From Phycisphaerae bacterium (GTDB taxonomy: Bacteria; Planctomycetota; Phycisphaerae; Phycisphaerales; UBA1924): DNA of 64,000 nucleotides. A program made the position numbers and the translations under genes. The stretch lies in NCBI GenBank assembly GCA_030429485.1, contig JAUIFD010000002.1:130-64129 (forward strand), written 5' to 3'. Shown here piece after piece: positions 29,907-39,634 of this stretch; the stretch's first letter is position 1, and each line of letters starts with the position of its first letter. The notes under the pieces were generated by a model. It saw only the letters and a list, made by a program, of their open reading frames with translations. It did not search any database and had not been told where the DNA came from.

Positions 29907-31016
29907 GTCGTCGTCGGTCAGCGTCACCGCGATCGTGAGCCCGAGCGGCAGATCCTCCATGCCGTTTGCCGCCGCGGTCGCCGAGTCGTACACCAGGATC
30001 GTCTCGTCCGGTGCGAACCACGCGCCGTCGTTGTTGTGATCCGCGAGGTGGTAGAGCCTGTCGTTGAGGCTGTCGATGAACCACAGATCTCCGTTGTCGT
30101 CGATGGCGATGTCGCGCGGCGCGCCGGTCGAGACGCCCGCGAACGTCTCCCGCCAGCGCAGCTCGATCTCGAACGGCTGGTCGATGAAGCCCGAGCCGTC
30201 AATGTCGGACAGCCCGATGATCGCGTCGGAGCTCCCGCCCGAGACAGGGAGCAGGATCTGATCCGTCGCGGGGTCGTACGCGACCTCGTACGACGCGAAG
30301 ATCACAAACCCGGACAGCTGCAGCATCCGCGTGGATGTGATCCACTCGCGCACCGCGCCAGTCGCGGGGTCGATGATGTCCACCGACTCGATCTGGTTCG
30401 GGTCAGAAATGTTAACCGTGTAGAGCATCCCGTCGTCGTCTTCAGCGAGCGAGAACGTCGTGTACACGCAACATTGCCCGATCGGGCCCAACTCCGAGAT
30501 GAGCGTGACCTCGCCCGGCTCGTCCACGTCGCCATCGCCGTTGGAGTCCTGAAGCAAGTAGATCGCTTCGGGGTTGGTTTGATCGTCGAGCGTGTTGTTG
30601 TCAATGAGGTAATACCCGCCCGCGCGGCGCGGAATCAGGTCAGCCGGGTTCATCATCACGATCCCGTCGGGAAGCCCGCCCGAGAAGAAGACCGTCGTTT
30701 CGCCCGCGTCAAAGGCGTCGTGGTCGCCGTTGAGATCGGTGAGCCGGAGGATGTTGGGGGGGTCGAAGTTATCGGTCGCCAGCAGGTCGTCGGGCCCGAG
30801 CGCCACCATGCCCTGGGAGTTGTCGATCCCGAGCGTGGGCGAGGGCGAGTCGTCCATCATGAGGATGACCTCGCCCGGGTCGTGCATGTCGCCATCGCCG
30901 TTGAGGTCCTGCAGCCGCAGGATCTTGTCGTCGGTCTGCTCGGAGACGAAGACGACCGGATCGCCCGCGAAAGCGGCGCCAGCGAGGGTCAGCAAAGCAA
31001 CGGCAGTGATTCGCAT
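29742..31016 (-). CDS. secreted protein with DxNGDGD Ca-loop repeats (FG-GAP / beta-propeller-like) plus GC-terminated dockerin-like module
   Basis: ATG 31016 is preceded by GGAGAGGAG. Signal peptide MRITAVALLTLAGAAFAG. Repeats: LQDLNGDGDMHDPGEV, LTDLNGDHDAFDAGET, LQDSNGDGDVDEPGEV, LSDIDGSGFIDQPFEI, LADHNNDGAWFAPDET. C-terminus CQADLTGEGDVNTNDFFQFLAYYDAADPRADFSPGGGINTNDFFAYLAAYQAGC-stop. Confidence 0.75.
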   Translation of the reverse strand: MRITAVALLTLAGAAFAGDPVVFVSEQTDDKILRLQDLNGDGDMHDPGEVILMMDDSPSPTLGIDNSQGMVALGPDDLLATDNFDPPNILRLTDLNGDHDAFDAGETTVFFSGGLPDGIVMMNPADLIPRRAGGYYLIDNNTLDDQTNPEAIYLLQDSNGDGDVDEPGEVTLISELGPIGQCCVYTTFSLAEDDDGMLYTVNISDPNQIESVDIIDPATGAVREWITSTRMLQLSGFVIFASYEVAYDPATDQILLPVSGGSSDAIIGLSDIDGSGFIDQPFEIELRWRETFAGVSTGAPRDIAIDDNGDLWFIDSLNDRLYHLADHNNDGAWFAPDETILVYDSATAAANGMEDLPLGLTIAVTLTDDDCQADLTGEGDVNTNDFFQFLAYYDAADPRADFSPGGGINTNDFFAYLAAYQAGC

Positions 31017-31077
31017 CGGGTACTCCTCTCCCCACGCCGCCACGATAGCGGGGGGGGCGGGGAGGTCCAAGGGCGAT

Positions 31078-34026
31078 TCACTTGCCCGCGTACCAGTCCC
31101 GGCTCACCGCCGCGTCAGCGACCAGGGGCACGTCGAGAGTCATCGCGCTCTCCATGCGGCTCACGATCAACAACTTCGCCCGCTCCGCGTCGGCTTCCGG
31201 CGCTTCGAACACCAGCTCGTCGTGGACCTGGAGGATCATCCGCGTGGCACGGAGCGCGTCGACCTCGCGCGCGGATACGGCAGGTCCTCGTGGCGGCGTG
31301 AGGGTGTCCGCTTTCGGCTTGTCTTGGGCTGCGCCGATGAGCGCGTGCAGGTCGACCATCGCGAGCTTGATGAGGTCGGCCGCGGAGCCTTGGACGACGG
31401 AGTTGATCGCCATGCGTTCCGCGAGGGCGCGCCGGGCCGGGTTGCGCGCCTCGATCTCATGGATCGGCCTGCGCCGCTTCATCATCGTCTCGACATACCC
31501 CTGTTCCTGCGCCTGCGCGATGCACTCCTGCAGAAACACCGTGATCCCCGCGAAGCGCCGCTTGTAGGAGTCGATGATCTCGCCCGCCTCGGTGTTCGAG
31601 ACACCGAGCCGACGAGCAAGTCCGAAAGGCGTGATGCCATAGACGATCCCGAAGTTCACCATCTTCGCACCGTTGCGTTGCTCGCGAGTGACTTCATCAG
31701 GGGCGACGCCATGGATCTGGGCCGCGACCGCGCGGTGGATGTCCTCGCCCTCCCGGAATGCCTCGATCAGCGCCGGATCGCGCGAGAGATGCGCGAGGAG
31801 GCGGAGTTCGATCTGCGAGTAGTCGGCCGTGATGAGCACGTTGCCCTCATCCGCCACGAACGCCTTGCGGATCGTGCGCCCGACCTCCGAGCGGATCGGG
31901 ATGTTCTGGAGGTTCGGGTCCGACGACGCGAGCCGACCCGTCGCCGCGACCGTCTGGTTGAAGCTCGAGTGGATGCGCCCCGTCTCGGGGTTGATCTCGT
32001 CCGCGAGCGACACAAGGTACGTGTTCACCAGCTTCGTGAGCTGGCGGTAGTCGAGGATCAGCTGCGGCAGCTGCGTCTCGATATCCGCGTTCTGTGCGAG
32101 CTTCTCGAGCACCTCGTGATCCGTGCTCGGCCCGGTCTTGCCGCGCCGCAACGGGCGCAGCCCGAGCCCCGGCTCCGGCGCGTCCTGGCGGTGAAACAGC
32201 ACGCCCGCGAGCTGCTTGGGGGAGTCGGGGTCGAACGTGCGACCGACGCTCGCCATCGCTTCATCATCGATGCGCGCACGCAGCGTCGCGATCTCGCCCT
32301 CCAGCGCCTTGCGTTGCACCGCCAGCTCCGCCGGATCGACGCGCACGCCGTTGAACTCAAGCTCGGCGAGCACCGGCACGAGCGGCATCTCAAGCTCCTG
32401 GAACAGCCCGCAGAGGCCGGCATCGGTGATCGCGGGGAGCATGCGTTGCGCGAGTTGCAGCGCCACGTCGGCATCCTCCGCCGCGTACGGGGTCGCCAGG
32501 TCCAGACCCACCGTGTCAAACGACCGCTCGCGCGCGCCCGATCCGATCAGCTCCGAGAGCGCGATGTTGTGACGACCCAGGACCGCCAGCGCCAGGGCAT
32601 CCAGCGAGTGCCCCGAACGTGACGGATCGAGCACATAGCTTGCCACCATGGTATCGCACGCGCCCGGTGCGATAAGCCCGCGCAGCGCCACGCCGTGGCG
32701 ACGCAAGACGATCAGGTCGTACTTGAGGTTGTGTCCGATCTTGGGTCGGCTCGCATCCTCGAGGATCGGGCGCAGCGCATCGAGCACCGTCCGCTCGTCG
32801 AAGTGCGTGTCGGGCTCGGGCGAGCGCACGGGTACATACCACCCCGTACCCTCGTGCGTCGCGAACGAGAGCCCGCACAGCTGCGCGCGCATCGGGCGTG
32901 GCGAGGTCGTCTCGGTATCGAGCGAGATGGCGTCGGCGCCCTCAAGCTCACGCACGAGTGCGGCAAGGTCGTCGCGCGTGCGCACGCACCGGTACTCGCC
33001 CGATTCGGGCTCGATCACCGGCGCGTCGATCTCCGCGGGCGGGTCGAAGAGCGAGGGCTGATCCGCGTCGCGACGAGCGCGAGGGCGAGCGGGCGCCTGC
33101 GGCGTGCTCTCGAAGATGCTGCCCTGCTCAGAGGGCGCCTCGCCCATCAGCTCGCGCAGCTCATCGCGGTACCGGTTGAACCCGAGCTCTGCGAGCACCG
33201 GCTTGAGGGCGCCGAGGTCGAACGACGCGGTCCGCGCGCGCGCGAGGTCAAACTCCACAGGCGCGTCGTGCCGAAGCGTCACCAGCTCGCGCGAGGTCGC
33301 GAGCCAGTCGACCGCTTCACGCAGGCGTTCGCCGCGCTTGCCCTTGATCTCGTCGGCGTGCTCGATCAGCTTGGCGAGCGAGCCGTATTGGGCGATGAGC
33401 TGGGCTGAGGTCTTGGGGCCGACGCCATCGACGCCCGGGATGTTGTCCACGTTGTCGCCCATGAGCGCGAGCATGTCGATGACCTGCGCCGGCTCGATGC
33501 CGCTCTCCTCGCGCAGCGTGTCCGCGGTGATGAGCGCGTCGGTGTGGATGTCGTAGAGCTCCAGGCGATCCGGCGCGAGCAACTGCTTGAGGTCTTTATC
33601 CTTCGAGATCACGCGGATGCGTACGTCGCCCGCCAGCCGATCCGCCAGCGTCGCGATCGCGTCGTCCGCCTCGAAGCCCTCCGCGCCGACCATCGGCACG
33701 CCGATCTGCTCCAGGATCGTCAGGCACCGTCTGATCTGCGGGCGCAGGTCCTCGGGGGTGGGCGGGCGCGTGGCTTTGTATTCGGGATAGATTTGCGAGC
33801 GGAACGTGCCGCGATCGCCCGAGACGTCGAGCGCGACCGCAACCAGCTCGGGCCTGCCCTCGTCGCCCGCGTGCCCCTCGCCCCGCAAGAGCTTGAGGAG
33901 CATGCCGACAAACCCGAAGGTCATGTTCGTCGGCTCGCCCGTCACCGGGCTCGTCATCGGCGTGCGGATGGCGTGATACGCCCGGTAGAACTGCGCGTAC
34001 CCGTCGATGAGATAGAGCGTCTTCAC
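31078..34026 (-). CDS. polA: DNA polymerase I
   Basis: It has a 5'-nuclease N-terminus (LYLIDGYAQFYRAYHA), a 3'-5' exonuclease region (ISLDTETT) and polymerase motifs (DYSQIELRLLAH, RRxAKxVNFGIVYG, QVHDELVFE). Confidence 0.97.
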   Translation of the reverse strand: MKTLYLIDGYAQFYRAYHAIRTPMTSPVTGEPTNMTFGFVGMLLKLLRGEGHAGDEGRPELVAVALDVSGDRGTFRSQIYPEYKATRPPTPEDLRPQIRRCLTILEQIGVPMVGAEGFEADDAIATLADRLAGDVRIRVISKDKDLKQLLAPDRLELYDIHTDALITADTLREESGIEPAQVIDMLALMGDNVDNIPGVDGVGPKTSAQLIAQYGSLAKLIEHADEIKGKRGERLREAVDWLATSRELVTLRHDAPVEFDLARARTASFDLGALKPVLAELGFNRYRDELRELMGEAPSEQGSIFESTPQAPARPRARRDADQPSLFDPPAEIDAPVIEPESGEYRCVRTRDDLAALVRELEGADAISLDTETTSPRPMRAQLCGLSFATHEGTGWYVPVRSPEPDTHFDERTVLDALRPILEDASRPKIGHNLKYDLIVLRRHGVALRGLIAPGACDTMVASYVLDPSRSGHSLDALALAVLGRHNIALSELIGSGARERSFDTVGLDLATPYAAEDADVALQLAQRMLPAITDAGLCGLFQELEMPLVPVLAELEFNGVRVDPAELAVQRKALEGEIATLRARIDDEAMASVGRTFDPDSPKQLAGVLFHRQDAPEPGLGLRPLRRGKTGPSTDHEVLEKLAQNADIETQLPQLILDYRQLTKLVNTYLVSLADEINPETGRIHSSFNQTVAATGRLASSDPNLQNIPIRSEVGRTIRKAFVADEGNVLITADYSQIELRLLAHLSRDPALIEAFREGEDIHRAVAAQIHGVAPDEVTREQRNGAKMVNFGIVYGITPFGLARRLGVSNTEAGEIIDSYKRRFAGITVFLQECIAQAQEQGYVETMMKRRRPIHEIEARNPARRALAERMAINSVVQGSAADLIKLAMVDLHALIGAAQDKPKADTLTPPRGPAVSAREVDALRATRMILQVHDELVFEAPEADAERAKLLIVSRMESAMTLDVPLVADAAVSRDWYAGK

Positions 34027-34029
34027 GGG

Positions 34030-35250
34030 CTAGGCGCTGGGCGATTCAATCTGTGCCGCTGCGGCGTGCAGGGCGCGGGCGCGCTCCAAGTACGCGTGCG
34101 CCGGCTCGATCTGGCGTCGGCTCATCACGGCCCGCATGACGCCCATCCAACGGTCGAGGTCGTAGAGCTCGTCGCGCTGGTCCGTGCGCCACCGGAAGCC
34201 GGGCACACACCCCGCGATCGCACGCGAGCAGGCGAACTGCGACCCCGCGTAGAGCACCGATCCGGTCATGATGCGCGAGCCGATCGCGAACTTCGCGTGG
34301 TCGCCGATGATCGCGCCGAAGAACATCTCGCCCGTGGATTCGGGCTCCATGCCCGGCGCCGGCGACGCATGCACGGTGGTGTAGGTGTTGAGCAGGTTCG
34401 AGCCGTTCGTGCCTGCGCCGAGGTTCACCCACTCGCCCACGAACGAATCGCCCAGGAAGCCCGCGTGCGCCTTGTTGGCATACCCCTGAAACGTCACGCC
34501 CGCGACCTCGCCGGCAACCTTGCAGAATGGCCCGACGACGGTTCCGCCGCGCACGATCGCCTGTTCGAGCACGACCGCGTCGGGGCCGATCGAGCAGGGG
34601 CCGATGAGCACCGCCCCGGGGCGCACCTCGGCGCCGCCCGCGATCGTCACGGGCCCGTCCTCGACGTCGATCACCACGCTCGGACGCACGAGCGCCTCCG
34701 ACTCGATCACCGCGAGGTCCGGGTCACCGAGCACCTGCACGCCGGGCGGCGGCGGCACGCGGTCCGCCCGCGACGACAGCAGATCCAGGTCGTAACGAAG
34801 CGCGTAGTCGCGCACCGATCGCACATGCCACGGACGCGTGAGCAGCACGGGGTCCGTGAGCTGCAATCGGATCGATTCCGGCGGCGTGCCGCGGAGCACC
34901 GCCTCCGCCTGACTCCGCATGAGGCGTCCGCCGACCAGGTCGGCCCCCGCCATCACGAGGGTGCCGTGCTCGGCATTGATCACCTCGTCCGGCGGGAGGG
35001 GGCAGCGTCCGTTGACGAGCAGCACCTCGTCGTCGCCGGGGGGCACGCGGTTGATCGGCACGCCGTGGCGCTCGGCGGTCAGGTCCGCGAGGTGTGGGGG
35101 GACGAACAGGGCCGCGATTTCGAGATTGAGCGCAGTCCGCAGTCGGCGCAGCGTGGTGAGGGCGCCGGTGCGGACGTCGAACGCCGCCCGAAACTCGGTG
35201 AGCGGGCCGAGCACCCCCTTGCCGTCGTCGAAGACGATCGCCGAACGCAT
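34030..35250 (-). CDS. putative sugar nucleotidyltransferase with left-handed beta-helix domain (GlmU-like, alternative type)
   Basis: N-terminus MRSAIVFDDGKGVLGPLTEFRAAFDVRTGALTTL. Hexapeptide-repeat region IGPDAVVLEQAIVRGGTVVGPFCKVAGEVAGVTFQGYANKAHAGFLGDSFVGEWVNLGAGT. I recall this architecture as TIGR03991-like (not verifiable here). ATG 35250 is preferred to the track start 35388. Confidence 0.65.
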   Translation of the reverse strand: MRSAIVFDDGKGVLGPLTEFRAAFDVRTGALTTLRRLRTALNLEIAALFVPPHLADLTAERHGVPINRVPPGDDEVLLVNGRCPLPPDEVINAEHGTLVMAGADLVGGRLMRSQAEAVLRGTPPESIRLQLTDPVLLTRPWHVRSVRDYALRYDLDLLSSRADRVPPPPGVQVLGDPDLAVIESEALVRPSVVIDVEDGPVTIAGGAEVRPGAVLIGPCSIGPDAVVLEQAIVRGGTVVGPFCKVAGEVAGVTFQGYANKAHAGFLGDSFVGEWVNLGAGTNGSNLLNTYTTVHASPAPGMEPESTGEMFFGAIIGDHAKFAIGSRIMTGSVLYAGSQFACSRAIAGCVPGFRWRTDQRDELYDLDRWMGVMRAVMSRRQIEPAHAYLERARALHAAAAQIESPSA

Positions 35251-35294
35251 GGTCCCGAGTCTACCGCCTCGTGCGGGTTGCGCGGCGAGCCCGC

Positions 35295-36740
35295 TTAGCC
35301 CGCCTTCTCCCACGGCCCGGTGATCGCGAGCGTGAGACCGTCCTGCTGCAGGTTGAGGAACATCGTCGACCCATCCGGAGAGAAGCACACGCCTGTGAGT
35401 TCGGAGTTGCTCAGCACGTTTCGTCCGAACGGGTAGACGTTGCCGTCGGGCATGACCGCCAGCAGGCGGTCGTCGCCGTCGGAATCTTCGCAGACAAAGA
35501 GCACGCCTCTCGGCGAAATCGTGATGTTGTCCGCGTTCTCCATCGTTGAGCCGGAGTTGGACTCAACGAACAGTTCGAGCTTGCCGCGTGACTCGGGCGC
35601 AGTGAATCCCGGAACCGGCGTTGGGGCGTGCGGGTCCGGCTCGCTCCCACGATCAGGCGTGTAGCGCCAGAGCTGTCCAATGCCCGCCTGTCCGCCGTTG
35701 GTGCACGCGACGACGAACGCGTTCGGCCCGGCGAAGTCGCCGTGCCAGAGCCCCTCGCCCCGGGCGAAGCGAGCGGCGCCCGCGGCGAAGCCCTCCTCGC
35801 GGATGGTGTCGTCGTCGGGATCGATGTCGATGCCCGCAGCGGTCAGATCGACCCACTCGACCTCGATCGCGTCGCCTTGGCGCATCACGATTTCTTCCCA
35901 GTTCCGGGTATCGAGGCTGGGGCGTCCGACCGCTCGCATCGCCTGGAGGCGCCCACCCGCGTGCAGGTCTCGCGGGTTGATCGGCAGATACCGATAGATA
36001 AGGCCGTCGTGACGATCCTCCGAGAGGATGACCGCACCGGTGTCGGGGTCCGTTGCGCACGCCTCGTGGTTGAACCGGCCCATGCCGTAGATCGGCTTGG
36101 CCCGGTGCAACTCCGGCTCGAACGTCGCGGGCACCTCGAAGGCATACCCGTGGCGCTTCGAGTACAGGCCGGGTCCGGAGCCGGGCTTGGAGACCGTTTC
36201 TTCACAGGTGATCCACGAGCCGCGCGGCGTAGGACCGCCCGCGCAGTTGCGCTCGGTGCCGCCGAGCGACAGGAACTCGCGCACGAGTTCCTGCTTCCGG
36301 GTGTCGTAGACGACCGTCGTGGTGCCGCCCGGGAGCGGGCCCTCGCCCGGACCACCCGCGTCGAACAGCAGGCCCTTGTCGATCTTGGAGAACAGGCGCA
36401 GGTCCTCGCCGAACGCCCCCTCGGCGTGGACACCACCAGAGACCTCGTGGTTGCGGACGATGAGCGTCGTGCCGCCGGGCCCCGGGAACGCCGCCATGCC
36501 GTCGGGAGCGCCCGGCGTCAGGAGCCCGTCCGCCATCGTGCGTCCCGCCTTCGAGATCACGCGATAAGCGAATCCCTTCGGCAGGTCGAAGACCCCTTTG
36601 GGGTCGCCCAGCACCGGGCCAAACGGGCTATCCAAGGCCGGGCGAGCGAGCAGCCCCATCGCGCTGGCGCGTTGAAGGCCTGCGAAGCCCACGCCCACCG
36701 CCGTCGCCCGCCGCAAGAAGTGCCTTCTGGTGATGTCCAT
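35295..36740 (-). CDS. PhoX / DUF839-family secreted phosphatase-like protein with Tat signal
   Basis: Twin-arginine signal MDITRRHFLRRATAVGVGFAG. Body motifs LPKGFAYRVIS, PDGMAAF and GGTTLIVRNHE, and the beta-propeller-like length, resemble PhoX (DUF839). Confidence 0.75.
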   Translation of the reverse strand: MDITRRHFLRRATAVGVGFAGLQRASAMGLLARPALDSPFGPVLGDPKGVFDLPKGFAYRVISKAGRTMADGLLTPGAPDGMAAFPGPGGTTLIVRNHEVSGGVHAEGAFGEDLRLFSKIDKGLLFDAGGPGEGPLPGGTTTVVYDTRKQELVREFLSLGGTERNCAGGPTPRGSWITCEETVSKPGSGPGLYSKRHGYAFEVPATFEPELHRAKPIYGMGRFNHEACATDPDTGAVILSEDRHDGLIYRYLPINPRDLHAGGRLQAMRAVGRPSLDTRNWEEIVMRQGDAIEVEWVDLTAAGIDIDPDDDTIREEGFAAGAARFARGEGLWHGDFAGPNAFVVACTNGGQAGIGQLWRYTPDRGSEPDPHAPTPVPGFTAPESRGKLELFVESNSGSTMENADNITISPRGVLFVCEDSDGDDRLLAVMPDGNVYPFGRNVLSNSELTGVCFSPDGSTMFLNLQQDGLTLAITGPWEKAG

Positions 36741-36874
36741 GCACTATTGTCGCACGCTGGGGCCTGCGGGTCATGGAATCTGTGTCAAGGTTTGGCAGAG
36801 TTTCTTGGCTGGCTCCTTGCCATCGCGGGAGAGCCCTGGTCCAATGGAGGGCTCACCAGCGAACGGAGAGAGAC

Positions 36875-37714
36875 GTGCGCATTCTCCGACATGCCTGCCT
36901 CACATCGTTGGCGGTTTGTTCTGTACAGGCGTCGGCGCAGCAATCGATCTCCGATCCCGAAGTGGTCTTTGACCTCGAGAGCGAGCGGGCGACACGGACC
37001 GACGAGCCCACCGGGTCGCTCAAGTCGCTCGTCCTCCGCCATCGCGGCGTGGAGTTGCAGATCGAGCGCTCGCTGAAGACCGGGTTCGACCTCGTGGACA
37101 ATCGCGCCGGCGGTCAGCGCAAGCCGGCCAGCTGGGGCAGGATCTCGCTTGATCCGTTCTTCGCGCCCGACGCGGTCGATACGTTCGTCATCACCTTCTC
37201 CGAGCCGGTCTTCTCGTTCTCGATCGAGTTCGGAGACTTCGGGGGCGACCCCGACATCGTCACGCTCACGGCGTTGTCCGGGAAGGGCGCGACAGGTTCG
37301 GTCGTTGACTTCGTCGCGACGGTCTGGCTCGGCAACCTCCGCCGTGACGAGCCGGGCTCGATCTCGATCGACGGACCGATGCGGAGCGTGATCGTCACCG
37401 GGGGCGGGCCCGACCTTGCCAACTCGCTGTATTGGGACAACCTGCGTGTCACGGTGCCGCCCCGCGTCGGCGTGGCGCTCGACACCGAAACACCGCTCGA
37501 TCCGGGCGTGGTGGACGTTGAACTCGCTCTCGATCGCCCGATGCGCTCGTGTGCGCCCGATCTGACCGACGACGGCGCAGTCGACACCAACGACTTCTTT
37601 GCGTTCCTCTCGCTCTACGGCGCCGGCCACCCCGACGCCGACTTCACGCGCGACCGGCGTGTTGACACCAACGACTTCTTCGCGTTCCTCGCCGCGTACC
37701 AGGACGGTTGCTGA
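36875..37714 (+). CDS. secreted protein, unknown passenger plus divergent GC-terminated dockerin-like module
   Basis: GTG 36875 is preceded by GGAGAGAGA. Signal peptide VRILRHACLTSLAVCSVQASAQQ. C-terminus CAPDLTDDGAVDTNDFFAFLSLYGAGHPDADFTRDRRVDTNDFFAFLAAYQDGC-stop. Confidence 0.7.
   Translation: MRILRHACLTSLAVCSVQASAQQSISDPEVVFDLESERATRTDEPTGSLKSLVLRHRGVELQIERSLKTGFDLVDNRAGGQRKPASWGRISLDPFFAPDAVDTFVITFSEPVFSFSIEFGDFGGDPDIVTLTALSGKGATGSVVDFVATVWLGNLRRDEPGSISIDGPMRSVIVTGGGPDLANSLYWDNLRVTVPPRVGVALDTETPLDPGVVDVELALDRPMRSCAPDLTDDGAVDTNDFFAFLSLYGAGHPDADFTRDRRVDTNDFFAFLAAYQDGC
37550..37714 (+). repeat. dockerin-like module coding repeat, copy 5 of 7 (most divergent)
   Basis: Same 54-codon architecture. 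Both Cys residues and both xxTNDFFAFL helices are kept. Confidence 0.8.
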
Positions 37715-37717
37715 ACG

Positions 37718-39535
37718 CTAGTCCTTGCTCTTCGCCCAACTGTCCTTGAGCGTCGCGGTGCGGTTGAACACCATGCGGCTCGCCTGGGCCGCCTCGCGCG
37801 CCTGATCCGCATTGCGCCAGGAGGGCGCATCCACACAGAAGTACCCCAGCCGTTCAAACTGCACGCGCGCGATGCCGTCGTCGAAGAGTTCAGCCGGCCG
37901 CGCCGCGTCCCAGTTGGGTTCGAGGTACGCGCGTCCGATGATGTCGAGCGAGTCCGGATTGAGATCATCACGCAGGTCGCCCGTCTTCTTCCCGGGGCTC
38001 TCCGCGGTGAAGAGCCGGTCGAACAGGCGAACCTCCGCTTCGACCGCCGACGCCGCACACACCCAGTGGATCGTCCCCTTGACCTTCCGCACGTTGCCTT
38101 CGGCGTCTGGCGGGGGCGCCTCGCCGCCCTTGGTCAGCGGGTCGTACGTGCATCGCAGTTCCACGATCTCGCCCGCATCGTCTTTGATCGCTTCGCGGCA
38201 GGTGATCCAGTAGGCGTAGCGCAGTCGCACCTCGCCGCCCGGTTTGAGGCGGAAAAACTTCTTCGGCGCATCCTCCAGAAAGTCCTCTCGCTCGATGTAC
38301 AGCACGCGTCCGAACGGCACCTCGCGTGTGCCCGCCGAGTCGTCCTCGGGGTTGTTCACCGCGGGCACTGTTTCGATGCGGTCCCCGTCGCCGTGCTCGC
38401 CCCAGTTCTCGATGATCACGCGCAGCGGACGCAGCACCGCCATGCACCGAGGCGCGCGCTTGTTGAGGTCGTCGCGCACCGCGTTCTCAAGCAGCCCGAT
38501 GTCGTGCTTCGCGTTGAACTTCGTCACCCCCGTGGCGCTCGCGAACGCCCGCATCGCCTCCGGCGTGTATCCCCGCCGGCGCATGCCCGAGACCGTCGGC
38601 ATGCGCGGGTCGTCCCACCCGGCGACGTGCTTCTCATCGACGAGCGCGCGCAGATGTCGTTTCGATGTGATGACGTACGTCGGGTTGAGGCGGGCGAACT
38701 CGATCTGCTGCGGGTGGTGGATCGGCTCGCCCCACGCCGAGCCCGGCCCTCGCTCGCGGTTGATCGCGTCGATGAACCAGTCATACAGCCGCCGATGGTC
38801 CTCAAACTCGAGCGTGCAGATCGAGTGCGTGATGCCTTCGATCGAATCCTCGAGCCCGTGCGCCCAGTCGTACATGGGGTAGACGTGCCACCGGTCGCCC
38901 GTGCGATGGTGCGGCGCGTTGACGACGCGGTACATCACCGGGTCGCGCAGGTTCATGTTCGGGCTCGACATATCGATCTTGGCGCGCAGCACGCGCGAGC
39001 CGTCCTTGAACTCGCCGCGCACCATCCGCTCAAACTGCTCAAGGCTCTCCTCGACCGGACGCTCGCGCCAGGGTGAGGGTGTGCCGGGCGCTTTCAGATC
39101 GCCGCGCCCTGTGCGGATCGCCTCGGCGGTCTGCTCGTCGACGTAGGCGAGCCCTTTGCGGATCAGCTCCACCGACCAGTCGTGCATCTTCTTGAAGTAG
39201 TCCGAGGCAAACCGCACGCCCGCGAGTGGGTCGCTTGCGGACTGCCCCTCCCAGCGTGCGCCGAGCCAGCGCACATCGCGCACGATCGACTCGACAAACT
39301 CCTGCTCTTCCTTCGCGGGGTTGGTGTCGTCGAAGCGCAGCACGAACGCGCCGCCGAACCGCTCGGCGAGCCCCGAGTTGATCGCGATGCTCTTGGCATG
39401 TCCGATATGCAGATACCCGTTGGGCTCTGGTGGAAACCGCGTCCTGACGACGCTCGAATCACCCGGCTCGCCCCACCTCCCCGACGCAAGGTCTGCATCA
39501 ATCGCCTGCTCGATGAAGTGCCGCGTTTCGCTCAT
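37718..39535 (-). CDS. glnS: glutaminyl-tRNA synthetase
   Basis: VRTRFPPEPNGYLHIGHAKSIAINSGLAERFGG.FVLRFDDTNP (HIGH motif), VITSKRHL (KMSKS-like) and a GlnRS-type C-terminal anticodon-binding domain. Confidence 0.93.
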   Translation of the reverse strand: MSETRHFIEQAIDADLASGRWGEPGDSSVVRTRFPPEPNGYLHIGHAKSIAINSGLAERFGGAFVLRFDDTNPAKEEQEFVESIVRDVRWLGARWEGQSASDPLAGVRFASDYFKKMHDWSVELIRKGLAYVDEQTAEAIRTGRGDLKAPGTPSPWRERPVEESLEQFERMVRGEFKDGSRVLRAKIDMSSPNMNLRDPVMYRVVNAPHHRTGDRWHVYPMYDWAHGLEDSIEGITHSICTLEFEDHRRLYDWFIDAINRERGPGSAWGEPIHHPQQIEFARLNPTYVITSKRHLRALVDEKHVAGWDDPRMPTVSGMRRRGYTPEAMRAFASATGVTKFNAKHDIGLLENAVRDDLNKRAPRCMAVLRPLRVIIENWGEHGDGDRIETVPAVNNPEDDSAGTREVPFGRVLYIEREDFLEDAPKKFFRLKPGGEVRLRYAYWITCREAIKDDAGEIVELRCTYDPLTKGGEAPPPDAEGNVRKVKGTIHWVCAASAVEAEVRLFDRLFTAESPGKKTGDLRDDLNPDSLDIIGRAYLEPNWDAARPAELFDDGIARVQFERLGYFCVDAPSWRNADQAREAAQASRMVFNRTATLKDSWAKSKD

Positions 39536-39634
39536 GCTGCGCTCCGTGTAGGTGTCGCGAGGTCAGGTCTGGGGGTCTTCCTGGGATTGCGCCGTGGGTT
39601 TGTGCCCATAGACTCGGGGAGGAGGATGTTAGAC

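Noticed and set aside
30730-35298. Long plus-strand ORFs 30730..32622 (630 aa), 33544..35298 (584 aa) and several 100-240 aa ORFs in between
   Set aside because: All are antisense to polA, the propeller/dockerin gene and the beta-helix nucleotidyltransferase. They have an Arg-rich, low-complexity composition.
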